Shown: positions 1-9,165 of the stretch, piece after piece
Numbering within the stretch: the stretch's first letter is position 1
How the letters are laid out: every line of letters starts with the position of its first letter
Assembly: GCA_023265685.1 (NCBI GenBank)
Contig: JAHFSP010000002.1
Location: forward strand, 5,713-69,712
DNA: 64,000 nt
Origin: Candidatus Woesearchaeota archaeon
GTDB lineage: Archaea > Nanobdellota > Nanobdellia > Woesearchaeales > GW2011-AR9
Direction of reading: 5' to 3'
Notes under the pieces: generated by a model
Told to the model about the DNA's origin: nothing
Databases searched by the model: none
Seen by the model: the letters and a program-made list of their open reading frames with translations, nothing else
Program-made: the position numbers and the translations under genes

Positions 1-501
1 ATAGTTTTCAGTAACTCCTAACCTAGATGCAAGATCTTTTCTACGTGTGCGTGCGGGAAGGTTTAATTCTTCACAAAGATCTTTTGCTTCGATTTCATAT
101 ACTTTAAGAACTTGGTTGGGTTGAAGAATATCATCTGGCTTTTGAGATAATTCATCTGCTAATTCTTCTAACAAAGAGCTTAGAGCAACTGGTTTGGCAC
201 CTTGGAGATCATATTTTATCCGAGCTAAAATGTTATTTCTATCAGAATTAAAAACGGTGTTTTCTGAGAAGCAGAGTGCTTGTGTATATTCTGGTGGTGC
301 TTCTACAACACGCATGGTAATATATTCACCTTCTTCATCGTCGTTGGTAATTCCAGAATCGAAAAGTTCAAACATCATTCCTTGAGAACGTAGAGTAACG
401 TCGTACATGCCATATAAACTAAAAAGTTCTTCATTGGTTGGAGCTTGGAATCGATAAAGACCGCCAATAATGATACGATTTCCGGAGAGTGTATCAGACA
501 T
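1..501 (-). CDS. hypothetical protein, partial (runs off the left window edge)
   Basis: My translation of the minus strand from the ATG at 499-501 (MSDTLSGNRIIIGGLYRFQAPTNEEL...) stays open to base 1 (167 codons). It is absent from the ORF track only because no stop lies in the window. The last visible residues (RRKDLASRLGVTENY) look like the start of a helix-turn-helix. Confidence 0.4.
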   Translation of the reverse strand, partial: MSDTLSGNRIIIGGLYRFQAPTNEELFSLYGMYDVTLRSQGMMFELFDSGITNDDEEGEYITMRVVEAPPEYTQALCFSENTVFNSDRNNILARIKYDLQGAKPVALSSLLEELADELSQKPDDILQPNQVLKVYEIEAKDLCEELNLPARTRRKDLASRLGVTENY

Positions 502-589
502 TTATGGGCAGGTTCTAGTCCATTTTATAAGATTAATTGAACTAAAGTATTACTAAAATATTAAAGAAAGAACTAGACAAAAAGAAAAA

Positions 590-1393
590 TTACTCATTAT
601 CTCCACCTAGAATTCCACCAAGAACGCCGCCGCCAATACCTGCAACTCCGCGTTTTTCTTCTCTGCTACCAGCGTTTTGAATTCTGTCGGCGAGACGTGC
701 CAAGGGAAGGCTTTGGAGAATGATTTTGCCAGGACCACTAAGGGTGGCAAGAAATATTCCTTCGCCGCCAAAGAGAGCGTTTTTGAAGCCGCCGATAAAT
801 TGGATGTCGTAGGAGACGCTGTCTTGGAAGGCGACAATACAGCCGGTATCGACGCGTAGGGTTTCTCCTGCTTTGAGAGTTCTCTCGAGCATATTGCCAC
901 CAGCATGGATGAACGCGTGGCCGGAACCTGAGAGTTTTTGTAAAATGAAGCCTTCGCCACCAAATAATCCGGCGCCAAGACGCTTGGTAAAAGCAATGTC
1001 AATGTCAACACTGGGAACAGCACAGAGGAATGAGTCTTTTTGACAAAGATAGGTTTCTTTGCCGATTTCAAGAGTTGTAATTTTACCAGGATAGGGAGCG
1101 GCTAAGGCAACTTTGCGTGTGCCGGTGCCTTGGTAAGAAAAAGAAGAGATGAAGAGTCGATCACCAGTGAGCATACGTTTGAACCCTTTCCATAAGCCAC
1201 CACCCGTTGTGGTTTCAAGTTCAATACCTTCTTCCATGTAGAGCATAGACCCTGGTTCGGCACGAATAGCTTGATCTTTAGCGAGAGTAATTTCGATGAA
1301 CTGCATGTTGTCACCTTGGATTTTGTAAGTGAGTTTTGATGGGAGAATTAGTTTTGTTTCAGATGCTTTGGAACTTGGGGTTTTTGTGGTCAT
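590..1393 (-). CDS. AIM24/TIGR00266 (DUF124) family protein
   Basis: 267-aa ORF. The N-terminal YKIQGDNMQFIEITL..AIRAEPGSMLYME pattern, a Gly-rich beta-rich body and a C-terminal GG-rich tail are typical of AIM24-family proteins. Confidence 0.65.
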   Translation of the reverse strand: MTTKTPSSKASETKLILPSKLTYKIQGDNMQFIEITLAKDQAIRAEPGSMLYMEEGIELETTTGGGLWKGFKRMLTGDRLFISSFSYQGTGTRKVALAAPYPGKITTLEIGKETYLCQKDSFLCAVPSVDIDIAFTKRLGAGLFGGEGFILQKLSGSGHAFIHAGGNMLERTLKAGETLRVDTGCIVAFQDSVSYDIQFIGGFKNALFGGEGIFLATLSGPGKIILQSLPLARLADRIQNAGSREEKRGVAGIGGGVLGGILGGDNE

Positions 1394-1453
1394 GGTAGTT
1401 GTTTGATTATTGCAATTATTATTGTTATTATAATGGTTATTATTAGGTTATTA

Positions 1454-1963
1454 TTATCGTCGTTGCCTGCGTTGTTGAGCTGGTTGGGTATAGGCAAACC
1501 AGTCTTCTCGAGTAATTTCATGGAAGTAATCTGCTTCTTCAATTAAGGTATGGGCGGCGGTTCTTTTGACAGCAGCGATTTCAACTCGTACACCTTCTGA
1601 TTTGAGATGTGTAACAAGGTCAACATAATCTGAATCCCCAGAAAGAATAATGATGGTATCAACTTTTGATGAAAGCTGGGTGGCTTTGATGGTGAGGGGA
1701 ATGTCAGCTGATTTATGACACGGAATAACGGAGCCATAATAATTAGTGTGCAAACGCTCGGCAAGTTTAGATGAAATTGCTTTGCCTTCACGGAAGTATA
1801 AGAGACGGTTAAGTCCTCTCCCATTAAGAAGTTTGGGAATTAATGAGTCGAAGTTCACCATGGTGTTGGTGTTGCCACTGTCTTCGTGGATGCTACGCTC
1901 GATGTTATTTCCGTCTACGAGAATTGCAACGCTTTGGGCTACATTAATATCCATTTTTTCCAC
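1454..1963 (-). CDS. NYN-domain (LabA-like) protein
   Basis: 169 aa. VAILVDGNNIE near the N-terminus and ILSGDSDYVDLV later match the acidic-residue pattern of the LabA/NYN nuclease fold. Confidence 0.6.
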   Translation of the reverse strand: MEKMDINVAQSVAILVDGNNIERSIHEDSGNTNTMVNFDSLIPKLLNGRGLNRLLYFREGKAISSKLAERLHTNYYGSVIPCHKSADIPLTIKATQLSSKVDTIIILSGDSDYVDLVTHLKSEGVRVEIAAVKRTAAHTLIEEADYFHEITREDWFAYTQPAQQRRQRR

Positions 1964-2063
1964 CTTGTGGTTCAGAGAGTTGCGGGGTTTAATAAACTTG
2001 TGTTAGAGCTTTGACTATCAGTAATAATAAACTCAGAAATCCTGAAACCAATAGAAGTCAAAG

Positions 2064-2852
2064 TTATATCAGTTGAACATCAACATAACCCAGTAACTGC
2101 GGATGTTGAATGTCCCCAGATTTGCTGATTGGTTTTAGTTGTAAATCAGAATATTTTCCTTTTTGTCTAAAATGTTCAAATAAAATGTTATCTAATTCCT
2201 GTTCATTCCAAGTTGTACTAACTTCATCAGTTTTACAACTGGTTATTGTCGCGTAGTCTTCTCGCTCAGGATGCACTTCTAAACCATTTTGAAAAGAGCC
2301 GCTGTGGCAAGCGTACATAAAAACCGCTTTTTTTCCTGCTATCGAGTCTAATTCTTTAAGAAGAGATTGATAGGACAACCAGGAATCCCCCATTTGGATT
2401 GATCCGTTTTCTCCATGAGAAAAGATAATTACGGTGGTTAAAGTATCACTGTTACTTAGACTGGAAAAACGTTTGACAGCGTCTTTGAATTCAGGTAATA
2501 CTTGAAGTGTTCCTGGCCATATTTTAGCAACTTCTTTGTACCCGCCATTAAGGTTAACTCCCTTGTTATATAATTCTATTTCTTCTTCCAATGTGTCGTG
2601 AATTGTTGTATGAATCAATTCTGGAGATAGAGTCATTTTGCTATTACTTATTCTAGGGTTAATTACATTCAGAGGCGATCTTTCTCCTAAATCTATAGTG
2701 CCTGTCATTAATAGCTCCCAATCATAGAGAGGGAGATTTCCTGAAATGAGCGGATGCCACCTTGGGAAGCTAGGAACTGCTGCAAATCCAGTATACAAAT
2801 TTCTTCCGGCTACGAGAAGTCCGTACTTATTCTTTGGTTGAAATTGAATCAT
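2064..2852 (-). CDS. clan CD cysteine peptidase, legumain (C13)-like
   Basis: 262 aa. YGLLVAGRNLY matches the C13 N-terminal strand. A His-Gly (IIFSHGENG) and Ala-Cys (FMYACHSGSF) dyad has the spacing of legumain (DHG ... EACESGSM). Confidence 0.5.
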   Translation of the reverse strand: MIQFQPKNKYGLLVAGRNLYTGFAAVPSFPRWHPLISGNLPLYDWELLMTGTIDLGERSPLNVINPRISNSKMTLSPELIHTTIHDTLEEEIELYNKGVNLNGGYKEVAKIWPGTLQVLPEFKDAVKRFSSLSNSDTLTTVIIFSHGENGSIQMGDSWLSYQSLLKELDSIAGKKAVFMYACHSGSFQNGLEVHPEREDYATITSCKTDEVSTTWNEQELDNILFEHFRQKGKYSDLQLKPISKSGDIQHPQLLGYVDVQLI

Positions 2853-2875
2853 TATGCAAAATTTAGCTAAAAAAC

Positions 2876-3008
2876 TGAGCCTGCCCGGACAGTCGAGCTT
2901 CGCTCTCGTTGGTTTCGTGAGCGAAACTATTCGAACCGGGGTCCTATGGTGTCATCTGGATTATTTCAGCCGAAGCCACATGTCCTATCCAGGCTAGACT
3001 ACAGGCCC
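2876..3008 (-). tRNA. tRNA, probably Arg(UCG), with two introns (anticodon loop 37/38 and T-loop)
   Basis: Reverse complement folds by hand. Acceptor GGGCCTG/CAGGCTC (one G-U) plus discriminator A. D-arm GTCT-AGCCTGGATA-GGAC. Anticodon stem TGTGG/CCATA with loop CTTCGG + 19-nt insert + A. T-arm CCCGG-TTCGAAT-[40-nt insert with GTTTCG/CGAAAC hairpin]-CCGGG. No encoded CCA; oligo-T follows. Confidence 0.7.
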
Positions 3009-3032
3009 ATTGGGGATCATTGCTCTAAGTGC

Positions 3033-3041
3033 TTTTAAAAA
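3033..3041 (-). promoter_or_regulatory. TATA-like box upstream of tRNA-Arg
   Basis: TTTTAAAAA lies about 24 nt upstream of the tRNA 5' end at 3008. Confidence 0.35.
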
Positions 3042-3069
3042 TCTTATGGTTAATAAGGTTGTAAACCAT

Positions 3070-3780
3070 TTACTTCGCTTTCGCCCAGACGCCATCAAAG
3101 TATTCTTGGAAGTGTTTGGCAATCTCCGCAGAATGGATTAAGACCGCAGTTGGGGTGTCAGACCAGGAGAGGATGAGAGTTTTATCTGCAATAACATCGA
3201 TGGTTCCGGGAACGGGAAATGAAACAGTACGAATTTTAATATGACTGGAGAGTTTGTTAGTAGGAGGTGTTGTTCCGATGCCACGCATTTCGATTTTAGC
3301 TTCTGCGAGTTTAGGGTATAGTCGTTGATAAAAGACAGCTGCTTTTTCGTCGTGAGGTGGATAGAAGAATCGTAAGATGAGATCTTTTTGTTCGAGTAAA
3401 ATTTCGTAGGCGGTTTTAAGACCTTCAAATCCAATAAAGACTTCAGCTCGAGAGCGCCCTTGATCTTTGGAGATTTGAAGTAGATCGGGAAGAAGAGAGG
3501 CAAGGATATTTTTTTGTTGCGTGACTTCGTGTTCACGCTTTGCAAGAAATTCTGAAAGACGATACGGCTCGACGGCACGATATTGTTTGGTACCGTTTAT
3601 CGTGATTTCACTGGCAAGACCTTTGGTTGTTAAGCGTTCAAGAACATCATAAACTTTTGAATACGATACGCCAGATTCTTTGACGACATCACCTACCTTA
3701 CTAGGACCACGTTTGAGTAGGGCGATGTAGACTTTACTTTCGCCTGGTGTGAGACCTAATTTTTCAAGTTGATCGTGCAT
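3070..3780 (-). CDS. TrmB-family transcriptional regulator
   Basis: MHDQLEKLGLTPGESKVYIALLKRGPSKVGDVVKESGVSYSKVYDVLERL is the canonical TrmB N-terminal wHTH. I place the start at the internal ATG 3778-3780; the ORF-track extension to 3909 is hydrophobic junk that would overlap the next gene. Confidence 0.75.
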   Translation of the reverse strand: MHDQLEKLGLTPGESKVYIALLKRGPSKVGDVVKESGVSYSKVYDVLERLTTKGLASEITINGTKQYRAVEPYRLSEFLAKREHEVTQQKNILASLLPDLLQISKDQGRSRAEVFIGFEGLKTAYEILLEQKDLILRFFYPPHDEKAAVFYQRLYPKLAEAKIEMRGIGTTPPTNKLSSHIKIRTVSFPVPGTIDVIADKTLILSWSDTPTAVLIHSAEIAKHFQEYFDGVWAKAK

Positions 3781-3853
3781 AGATTTGAGTAGGGGTTTGA
3801 GATATATAAACATTATGAGAGAAAAAGTTATGAAAAAATAGAGTGGGGGGAAA

Positions 3854-4183
3854 TTACTCGGGAAATTGAACTGGTTGGCTGACTTGATATTGCAATTCGC
3901 CTTCGCCACCTATTGCATGATATACATTTCGCCAGGTGTCAGTTCCTTGTGGTTTTGGAACACCATTCGCACTCATCACAGAGCCAAAATATTCGTGAAA
4001 CAATTCATCCGTGTACTCTCGCGGCTTATTTATTTCAGGAGCTGCAAACACTAAACGGGACTCTATCTTCCCTACACGGTCTACAAAAATAGGTTGTGTT
4101 GTTATTGTAAGTAAAGATGTTTTAACAGCATCTTCCAGAGGAGATCCTTTTATTGCAAATTGAATTCTATCAATAAATGTCAT
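3854..4183 (-). CDS. hypothetical protein
   Basis: 109-aa ORF in a co-directional gene string. No motif recognised. Confidence 0.4.
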   Translation of the reverse strand: MTFIDRIQFAIKGSPLEDAVKTSLLTITTQPIFVDRVGKIESRLVFAAPEINKPREYTDELFHEYFGSVMSANGVPKPQGTDTWRNVYHAIGGEGELQYQVSQPVQFPE

Positions 4184-4276
4184 TTAATACAAAAAATGAA
4201 CAGTAAATAAATAGTTTTCGCTTTTTGATACTTAAATGTAGTTATTTTTTTAGCTCACGTGTTAAAATAGAGTTGC

Positions 4277-4786
4277 TTACAATTTTTTCATGAACAGATC
4301 GCACTCAATTAGTTTTTCGGTTGGCGCAATCCAATGAATACTTCCTACTGGCCGATACTCATATGATCGCCAAAAATTAAAAACCCCATTTTCTTCAAAA
4401 GGATGGTCGGGTGGAAGAGGTACATAGATGCTATTACATCCATGTTTTTTCCCAAGTTGTTCTGCTGCTTGCAGAAGTTTTCTATCGTCACCTCGCTTTT
4501 TATAATTCGTTGCCGTTGTAAATGCGGCAATAAACATCCATTTTAGAGGGAGAGAAGAACGCACCTGAAGGTTACAAAAATCGAGAGGGATATCATTTTT
4601 CTCATATATTTCCACGACAATGAATCCAACCACTTTCTCTAGTTCTTGTACCACGAAGATACCTTGAGCAAACGAAGAAAATTTCTTCACAAAATATTCT
4701 TTTGAAGCACCGGTCTCTCCATACGCCTCTTTATCAACAGCAACAAGAGAAGAGATATCAGACAGAGTGGCATGACGAATTAACAT
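4277..4786 (-). CDS. GNAT-family N-acetyltransferase
   Basis: 169 aa with a GNAT-like layout: VVGFIVVE beta strands, then KKRGDDRKLLQAAEQLGKKHG in the acetyl-CoA motif A position. Confidence 0.55.
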   Translation of the reverse strand: MLIRHATLSDISSLVAVDKEAYGETGASKEYFVKKFSSFAQGIFVVQELEKVVGFIVVEIYEKNDIPLDFCNLQVRSSLPLKWMFIAAFTTATNYKKRGDDRKLLQAAEQLGKKHGCNSIYVPLPPDHPFEENGVFNFWRSYEYRPVGSIHWIAPTEKLIECDLFMKKL

Positions 4787-4846
4787 GGAATAAAGAGAAT
4801 AAGAGGGGATTTAAAGTTTACCCTATATATTTTAAATTTATTTTAT

Positions 4847-5653
4847 TTACTCTAAAAAGCCAATGGCGACCATCAAAGCGATTCCTGCAACAAGGGCAAT
4901 GAAATGCCAGATGGATTCTTCTGCTTCACCGTGTTTGTGTAATTCAGGGATGAGATTTGATCCAGCAATGTAGACAAATCCGCCTGCGGCGAATGGTAAG
5001 ATGTAGGTGCTAAATGATTGCGAGGTTGATGAAAAGAATAGTCCTACGATGGCGCCGGCAATGGCAACTGCTCCTGAAGCGAAATTAAGTAATAGTGCTT
5101 TACTTTTTGAAAAACCGGAATAGAGTAGTACTCCAAAGTCAGCTAGTTCTTGGGGAACTTCGTGGAGGATGACGGCAATGGTTGTAGCGATACCAAGCTG
5201 GATATCAACAAGATAACTTGCAGCGATTACTAGTCCATCTAGAAAATTATGTAGACCATCTCCGAGAAGGTTTAAAACGCCGATATGGGTTGGTTTGTGA
5301 TTGTGATTGTTTACGGTTCCGTGTTGGTCGTGCTTGGTGAATGAATGGTGATGGCAGTGGCGCCAGTGAATAAATTTTTCTAAGACAAAAAACACGACGA
5401 CTCCTGCTAAGAGAAGCAGAGAAATCTGTAAGGTGAATCCTTGCTTTTCTACCGCCTCAGGTAATAGATGAAGGAATGCTCCCCCAAATAATGTGCCTGC
5501 AGAAAGGCTTACAAGAATTAAAAGAATTTTTTTAGAATTGCCTCTTTGGAGAAAAAATGAGAACGCACCAACAAAGGAGACTAATGATACAATGATAACG
5601 CTAAGCAACGTGTAGATTATGGCTGAGTCCATAGGATAGGAAAAGCTCAACAT
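4847..5653 (-). CDS. ZIP-family divalent metal (zinc) transporter
   Basis: 268 aa, multi-pass membrane protein. It has a His-rich cytoplasmic loop (HWRHCHHHSFTKHDQHG..HNHKPTH) and the ZIP signature HEVPQELADFGVLL. Confidence 0.8.
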   Translation of the reverse strand: MLSFSYPMDSAIIYTLLSVIIVSLVSFVGAFSFFLQRGNSKKILLILVSLSAGTLFGGAFLHLLPEAVEKQGFTLQISLLLLAGVVVFFVLEKFIHWRHCHHHSFTKHDQHGTVNNHNHKPTHIGVLNLLGDGLHNFLDGLVIAASYLVDIQLGIATTIAVILHEVPQELADFGVLLYSGFSKSKALLLNFASGAVAIAGAIVGLFFSSTSQSFSTYILPFAAGGFVYIAGSNLIPELHKHGEAEESIWHFIALVAGIALMVAIGFLE

Positions 5654-5769
5654 ATATAAATAGGTTACTGATTTTTATTATCAATAAGAAAAATAGTTAG
5701 TTGATGGTAAAAAATGATCAGAAGATAGGTCATGTGTAAATGGATAATATTTTTTAGAAAGGTTGCATT

Positions 5770-6141
5770 ATGAAAAAAACTCGACAGACTAGGCAAAAAG
5801 AGATAATTGTGGCATCGCTGAGTCAGTTTTCTACTTTTTTTACGGCTGAAGAACTCACTTCACGTGTACAATTAAAGTCGCCAAAAATCGGGATTGCAAC
5901 GGTGTATCGCTTTCTTAAAGAGTCTGCAACACAGGGAACGTTGCATGCTTTTGGGTGTGGTAAGAAGACAGTGTATTCACGTAATCTCAAGAACCATTCT
6001 CATTTTATTTGTGAAAAATGTGGAAGTATAGAACATATCAACGTTGAGAAAATTGATTTTCTTAAAGAGCGTAATTTAGGAGAGATTTGCCATGTTCAGA
6101 TTAATGTGACAGGTGTGTGTAAGAAATGCTCTCATCCATAA
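5770..6141 (+). CDS. Fur-family metalloregulator (Zur-like)
   Basis: 123 aa with a wHTH (IATVYRFLKE) and a C-terminal HSHFICEKCG...CKKC metal site. It is divergent from the ZIP transporter. Confidence 0.7.
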   Translation: MKKTRQTRQKEIIVASLSQFSTFFTAEELTSRVQLKSPKIGIATVYRFLKESATQGTLHAFGCGKKTVYSRNLKNHSHFICEKCGSIEHINVEKIDFLKERNLGEICHVQINVTGVCKKCSHP

Positions 6142-7198
6142 ATAAGCGTCGCATAAACATGGTGGCATAACTGCCTTTGGGCAAAAAGAAACACACTTTT
6201 AGTTTATACTTGCCTTCAAAGCATTCATCTGAATCATACTCTCCAACTTTCAAATCTTCTACTCTTACAAAAACCGAGCGCATTTCTCCTTCAAGACTTA
6301 GGTTGGGAAGTTGCCTAATTACGAAGTCAGTTGCGGTGAGATTTTCTCTTTGAAGAATAGTACTTAGTGCGTGTTGGATTTGGGGATCTGGAGATTGGAG
6401 TGTTGCAAATCCTAGAAGAGGAAATTGAAGGTGGATGAATCGTTCTTGGTCTTTGATGAAGATAAGTGAGCCTGCTGAGTAGGGGCTGGTGTAGATTTCT
6501 TTACTGTGTTGTTGTAGATACATTCCTACGGTTTCATTCCACAAATAACTTTGATAGGCATTGAGATAGAGTCTTAGAAGACGATCTGGGAGGGTACGTA
6601 GTGCGGCAATGGGGTTGGTGGGGTGGGTCGTGATATACTCTTGGCAGGAGGCGTGGTCGATGATGGTTGCAGCTTTTTTGAAGTCTTTTTTTAGTAGGGC
6701 TCTTCCTACCTCAATATTATGTTGGGAAAAGCGTTGTTCGTCAAAGTAGTTTGGACTTAAAGAAAGGTGAGGAATGGAGAGATGAGGAAAGGAGACATTG
6801 GTGTTGAGATTTCGTAGAGTTATTTGGAAATGATTACCTTCTAAGTCGCCAAGAGAGAGGGGTGTTTGGCCGTATCCGATGATCTTGAGATCAACGTTGG
6901 AGATTTTTAGGTTGGTGAGTCGTTGAGATTTTATTTCTCGTAGAGAAAAATATTGCGTCGTTATCGCGTGGGTGTCTTTGGTTCCGGCATAGCCCACATC
7001 TTTTTCTTTAATGCCGAGAATTTTAGCAAGATAAGATGCAATTTCCATGGTGGAGCGTTCTTGTTTAGTGCATTGTATATAGAGATAGGAACCTTGGTCT
7101 AAGAGGTTGAGAGATGCACGTTCTATTACAATAAAATCTTGCGGAAGATGTTTAAGTGTGTATGAGGACAATGGATTGAGGTGCTGATTGGGGTGCAT
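6101..7198 (-). CDS. truD: tRNA pseudouridine synthase TruD/Pus7 family
   Basis: 365 aa. GYAGTKDTHAITTQYFS matches the TruD catalytic-Asp motif (GxKDxxAxTxQ). The 3' end overlaps the convergent fur-like gene by 41 bp. Confidence 0.7.
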   Translation of the reverse strand: MHPNQHLNPLSSYTLKHLPQDFIVIERASLNLLDQGSYLYIQCTKQERSTMEIASYLAKILGIKEKDVGYAGTKDTHAITTQYFSLREIKSQRLTNLKISNVDLKIIGYGQTPLSLGDLEGNHFQITLRNLNTNVSFPHLSIPHLSLSPNYFDEQRFSQHNIEVGRALLKKDFKKAATIIDHASCQEYITTHPTNPIAALRTLPDRLLRLYLNAYQSYLWNETVGMYLQQHSKEIYTSPYSAGSLIFIKDQERFIHLQFPLLGFATLQSPDPQIQHALSTILQRENLTATDFVIRQLPNLSLEGEMRSVFVRVEDLKVGEYDSDECFEGKYKLKVCFFLPKGSYATMFMRRLFMDESISYTHLSH

Positions 7199-7251
7199 TC
7201 GTTATTTAGAACAGAAGGCTTTTAAAAAAGATATGGAAAAAAGGGAGTGAA

Positions 7252-8604
7252 ATGAGATTATCTATTGCTGATGGGAGAAAAGGTTATTTTGAAGATTGGG
7301 GTCCAAGACGCATATTGCTGCAGTTTGTTGATAAAGAACCAAAAGATCCCACAACCATCTCTGATATTCGTGACCTTGCAAAGTTAGAAAAACTCGTTGT
7401 TGGTACTCCTAGCGGAGATCTTGAAGAATTACTTACAGGAGAAGCGCAGATTAATCCATTACATCTGGCAACACAAATCGCGATGTTACCAGAGGATAAA
7501 CTGCTTCTTGTTCCAGAACACTATCGGATTAACGCAGAAGGAGTACGTCAAGTCCTTTCATATAATGTAGAATCGTTAGTGCGTCTGGATAGTGCGAGGG
7601 TGCGAGAAAAATTAGGACTTCCTCGTGGGTCTAGTTCCATTCCTGCTAAGGTGCGCCGTGAATATGTTCTTACGCCGCAAAAACTCATTGGAGCAGCTTT
7701 TGATATTCTGCATGAACATAAAGAAGAGTTTGCGAATGAAGATTTTTCTTGTTATTCCTGGTTAGGGAAAGATCGACGACGGCGAGTGGTAAGTTTGTAT
7801 CGTGCTGTTCAAGGAGCGGAATTACGTGCCTATCAAAATTTTGCTGCCTATCATCTTTTGATTCCTCTGTGGCGAAAGCAAATGCGAACGGGAGTGAAAG
7901 GAAAAGACCAACAACCTCTTAGCGATGAAGAACGAGCAGATAAAAAAGAAAAAGTAGAGCGCTATGAGCGATGGGTCCATCATAATAAAATGGGGACAAT
8001 TATAAATTCATTAGAAGCGGAATGGACGGATTTAATTGAGCCTCATGCGCGAACTTTTGATTGGGCAACATCGCGATCCATGCGAGTTCCTTCACGTCTT
8101 AGTCCTCCTGCGACTTATATTACAGATATTCATCGTTTACCACGTGCTCAAGACGATACTGCATTTGCTGCGTCAGTTGTATGGGATATGGAAGGTTGTT
8201 GCCCTTGTGAAGATGCACGATTTCGCGATGATCGCAGAGCAGAAAAACCGTATGCAGGTAATTCTGAAGTCTATTTCTGCGCTCACCAGATAGCCACAGC
8301 ACATGTTTTGCGTAAAATGTATGAGAATAAAGAGCAGTCAGTGCCGTTCTTACCTTTTGTTTTGCCTACTAAGTTTATGATGGATTTTGTTGATCGATTA
8401 CGGTATCAAGCAATTATGATTACAACAGATCCGCAAACAAAACGACATTCCAAGAGAGCGTTGAATCATACGGAGATAGAAGGTTTGATGTGGAAAGCAG
8501 TAATAGAATTTGGTTATGAACGTTGTTTTACTGCTGATGTAGGTCGATTTCAAAATGAGCGGTATGATCCCCATTTAGATTTACTTAAACCTCGGTTGCG
8601 CTAA
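7252..8604 (+). CDS. hypothetical protein with SWIM-type zinc finger
   Basis: 450 aa with GGGAGTGA just upstream of the ATG. CCPCEDARF..(x)..YFCAHQIA fits the SWIM CxCxnCxH pattern. Confidence 0.5.
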   Translation: MRLSIADGRKGYFEDWGPRRILLQFVDKEPKDPTTISDIRDLAKLEKLVVGTPSGDLEELLTGEAQINPLHLATQIAMLPEDKLLLVPEHYRINAEGVRQVLSYNVESLVRLDSARVREKLGLPRGSSSIPAKVRREYVLTPQKLIGAAFDILHEHKEEFANEDFSCYSWLGKDRRRRVVSLYRAVQGAELRAYQNFAAYHLLIPLWRKQMRTGVKGKDQQPLSDEERADKKEKVERYERWVHHNKMGTIINSLEAEWTDLIEPHARTFDWATSRSMRVPSRLSPPATYITDIHRLPRAQDDTAFAASVVWDMEGCCPCEDARFRDDRRAEKPYAGNSEVYFCAHQIATAHVLRKMYENKEQSVPFLPFVLPTKFMMDFVDRLRYQAIMITTDPQTKRHSKRALNHTEIEGLMWKAVIEFGYERCFTADVGRFQNERYDPHLDLLKPRLR

Positions 8605-9090
8605 AAAATAGACCACTCTTGCATCTAGGGGGTTATCAAAGAAAATTTCTGCTTGGGAATTGCGGAAAAAATCGAACGCGGCGCCTTCATTTTCTTTAAG
8701 ACGCTTTTCATCGATCTTTTGAGCGTTGAAGCCTTGACCTTTCTGTTCTATTCCGATAATAAAACTTTTTTTGCCAAGCCAGAGATGAAATTTGGAAGGT
8801 ATTTTGTATTCAGAGTGACTCAGGGTATTGGAACCAACTTCGTTAAGAAAATACGCAACCTCGTCAGTGTTGTTGTGATTGATCCAATTGTAGAGGTCGT
8901 GTTTCGTGTGATATTGAGCGTTGATGAGGTCAACGATTGCCCATTTTGCTTGGCCATAGAGTTCAAGAATTTCATCTGAAGCGTAGATGGTTCGAGGCGT
9001 TTCATGAGGGTGGATGATGAACTCGTGGTGGTTTTGAGAATTGATTTTAATGAGAGCGTGGGTGAGAGTTTGGGAGTAGGAGATGGTCAT
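8581..9090 (-). CDS. hypothetical protein
   Basis: 169-aa ORF, convergent with the SWIM gene (24-bp overlap). No secure motif. Confidence 0.4.
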   Translation of the reverse strand: MTISYSQTLTHALIKINSQNHHEFIIHPHETPRTIYASDEILELYGQAKWAIVDLINAQYHTKHDLYNWINHNNTDEVAYFLNEVGSNTLSHSEYKIPSKFHLWLGKKSFIIGIEQKGQGFNAQKIDEKRLKENEGAAFDFFRNSQAEIFFDNPLDARVVYFLAQPRFK

Positions 9091-9165
9091 GGTTTTGGGT
9101 GAATGAGTGCCAAATTAAAAGTATTCCCCAAAAATTTTAAAAAATAGACTTGGAAATGGAGATTG

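Noticed and set aside
3781-3909. N-terminal extensions offered by the ORF track (TrmB to 3909; DnaJ to 37904; SulP from 17438; QueA from 11527; XRE-CBS from 22378; CysS from 60100)
   Set aside because: The family-typical N-termini begin at internal ATGs, often with a better RBS or TATA context. The extensions are hydrophobic or basic junk, or overlap neighbouring genes.
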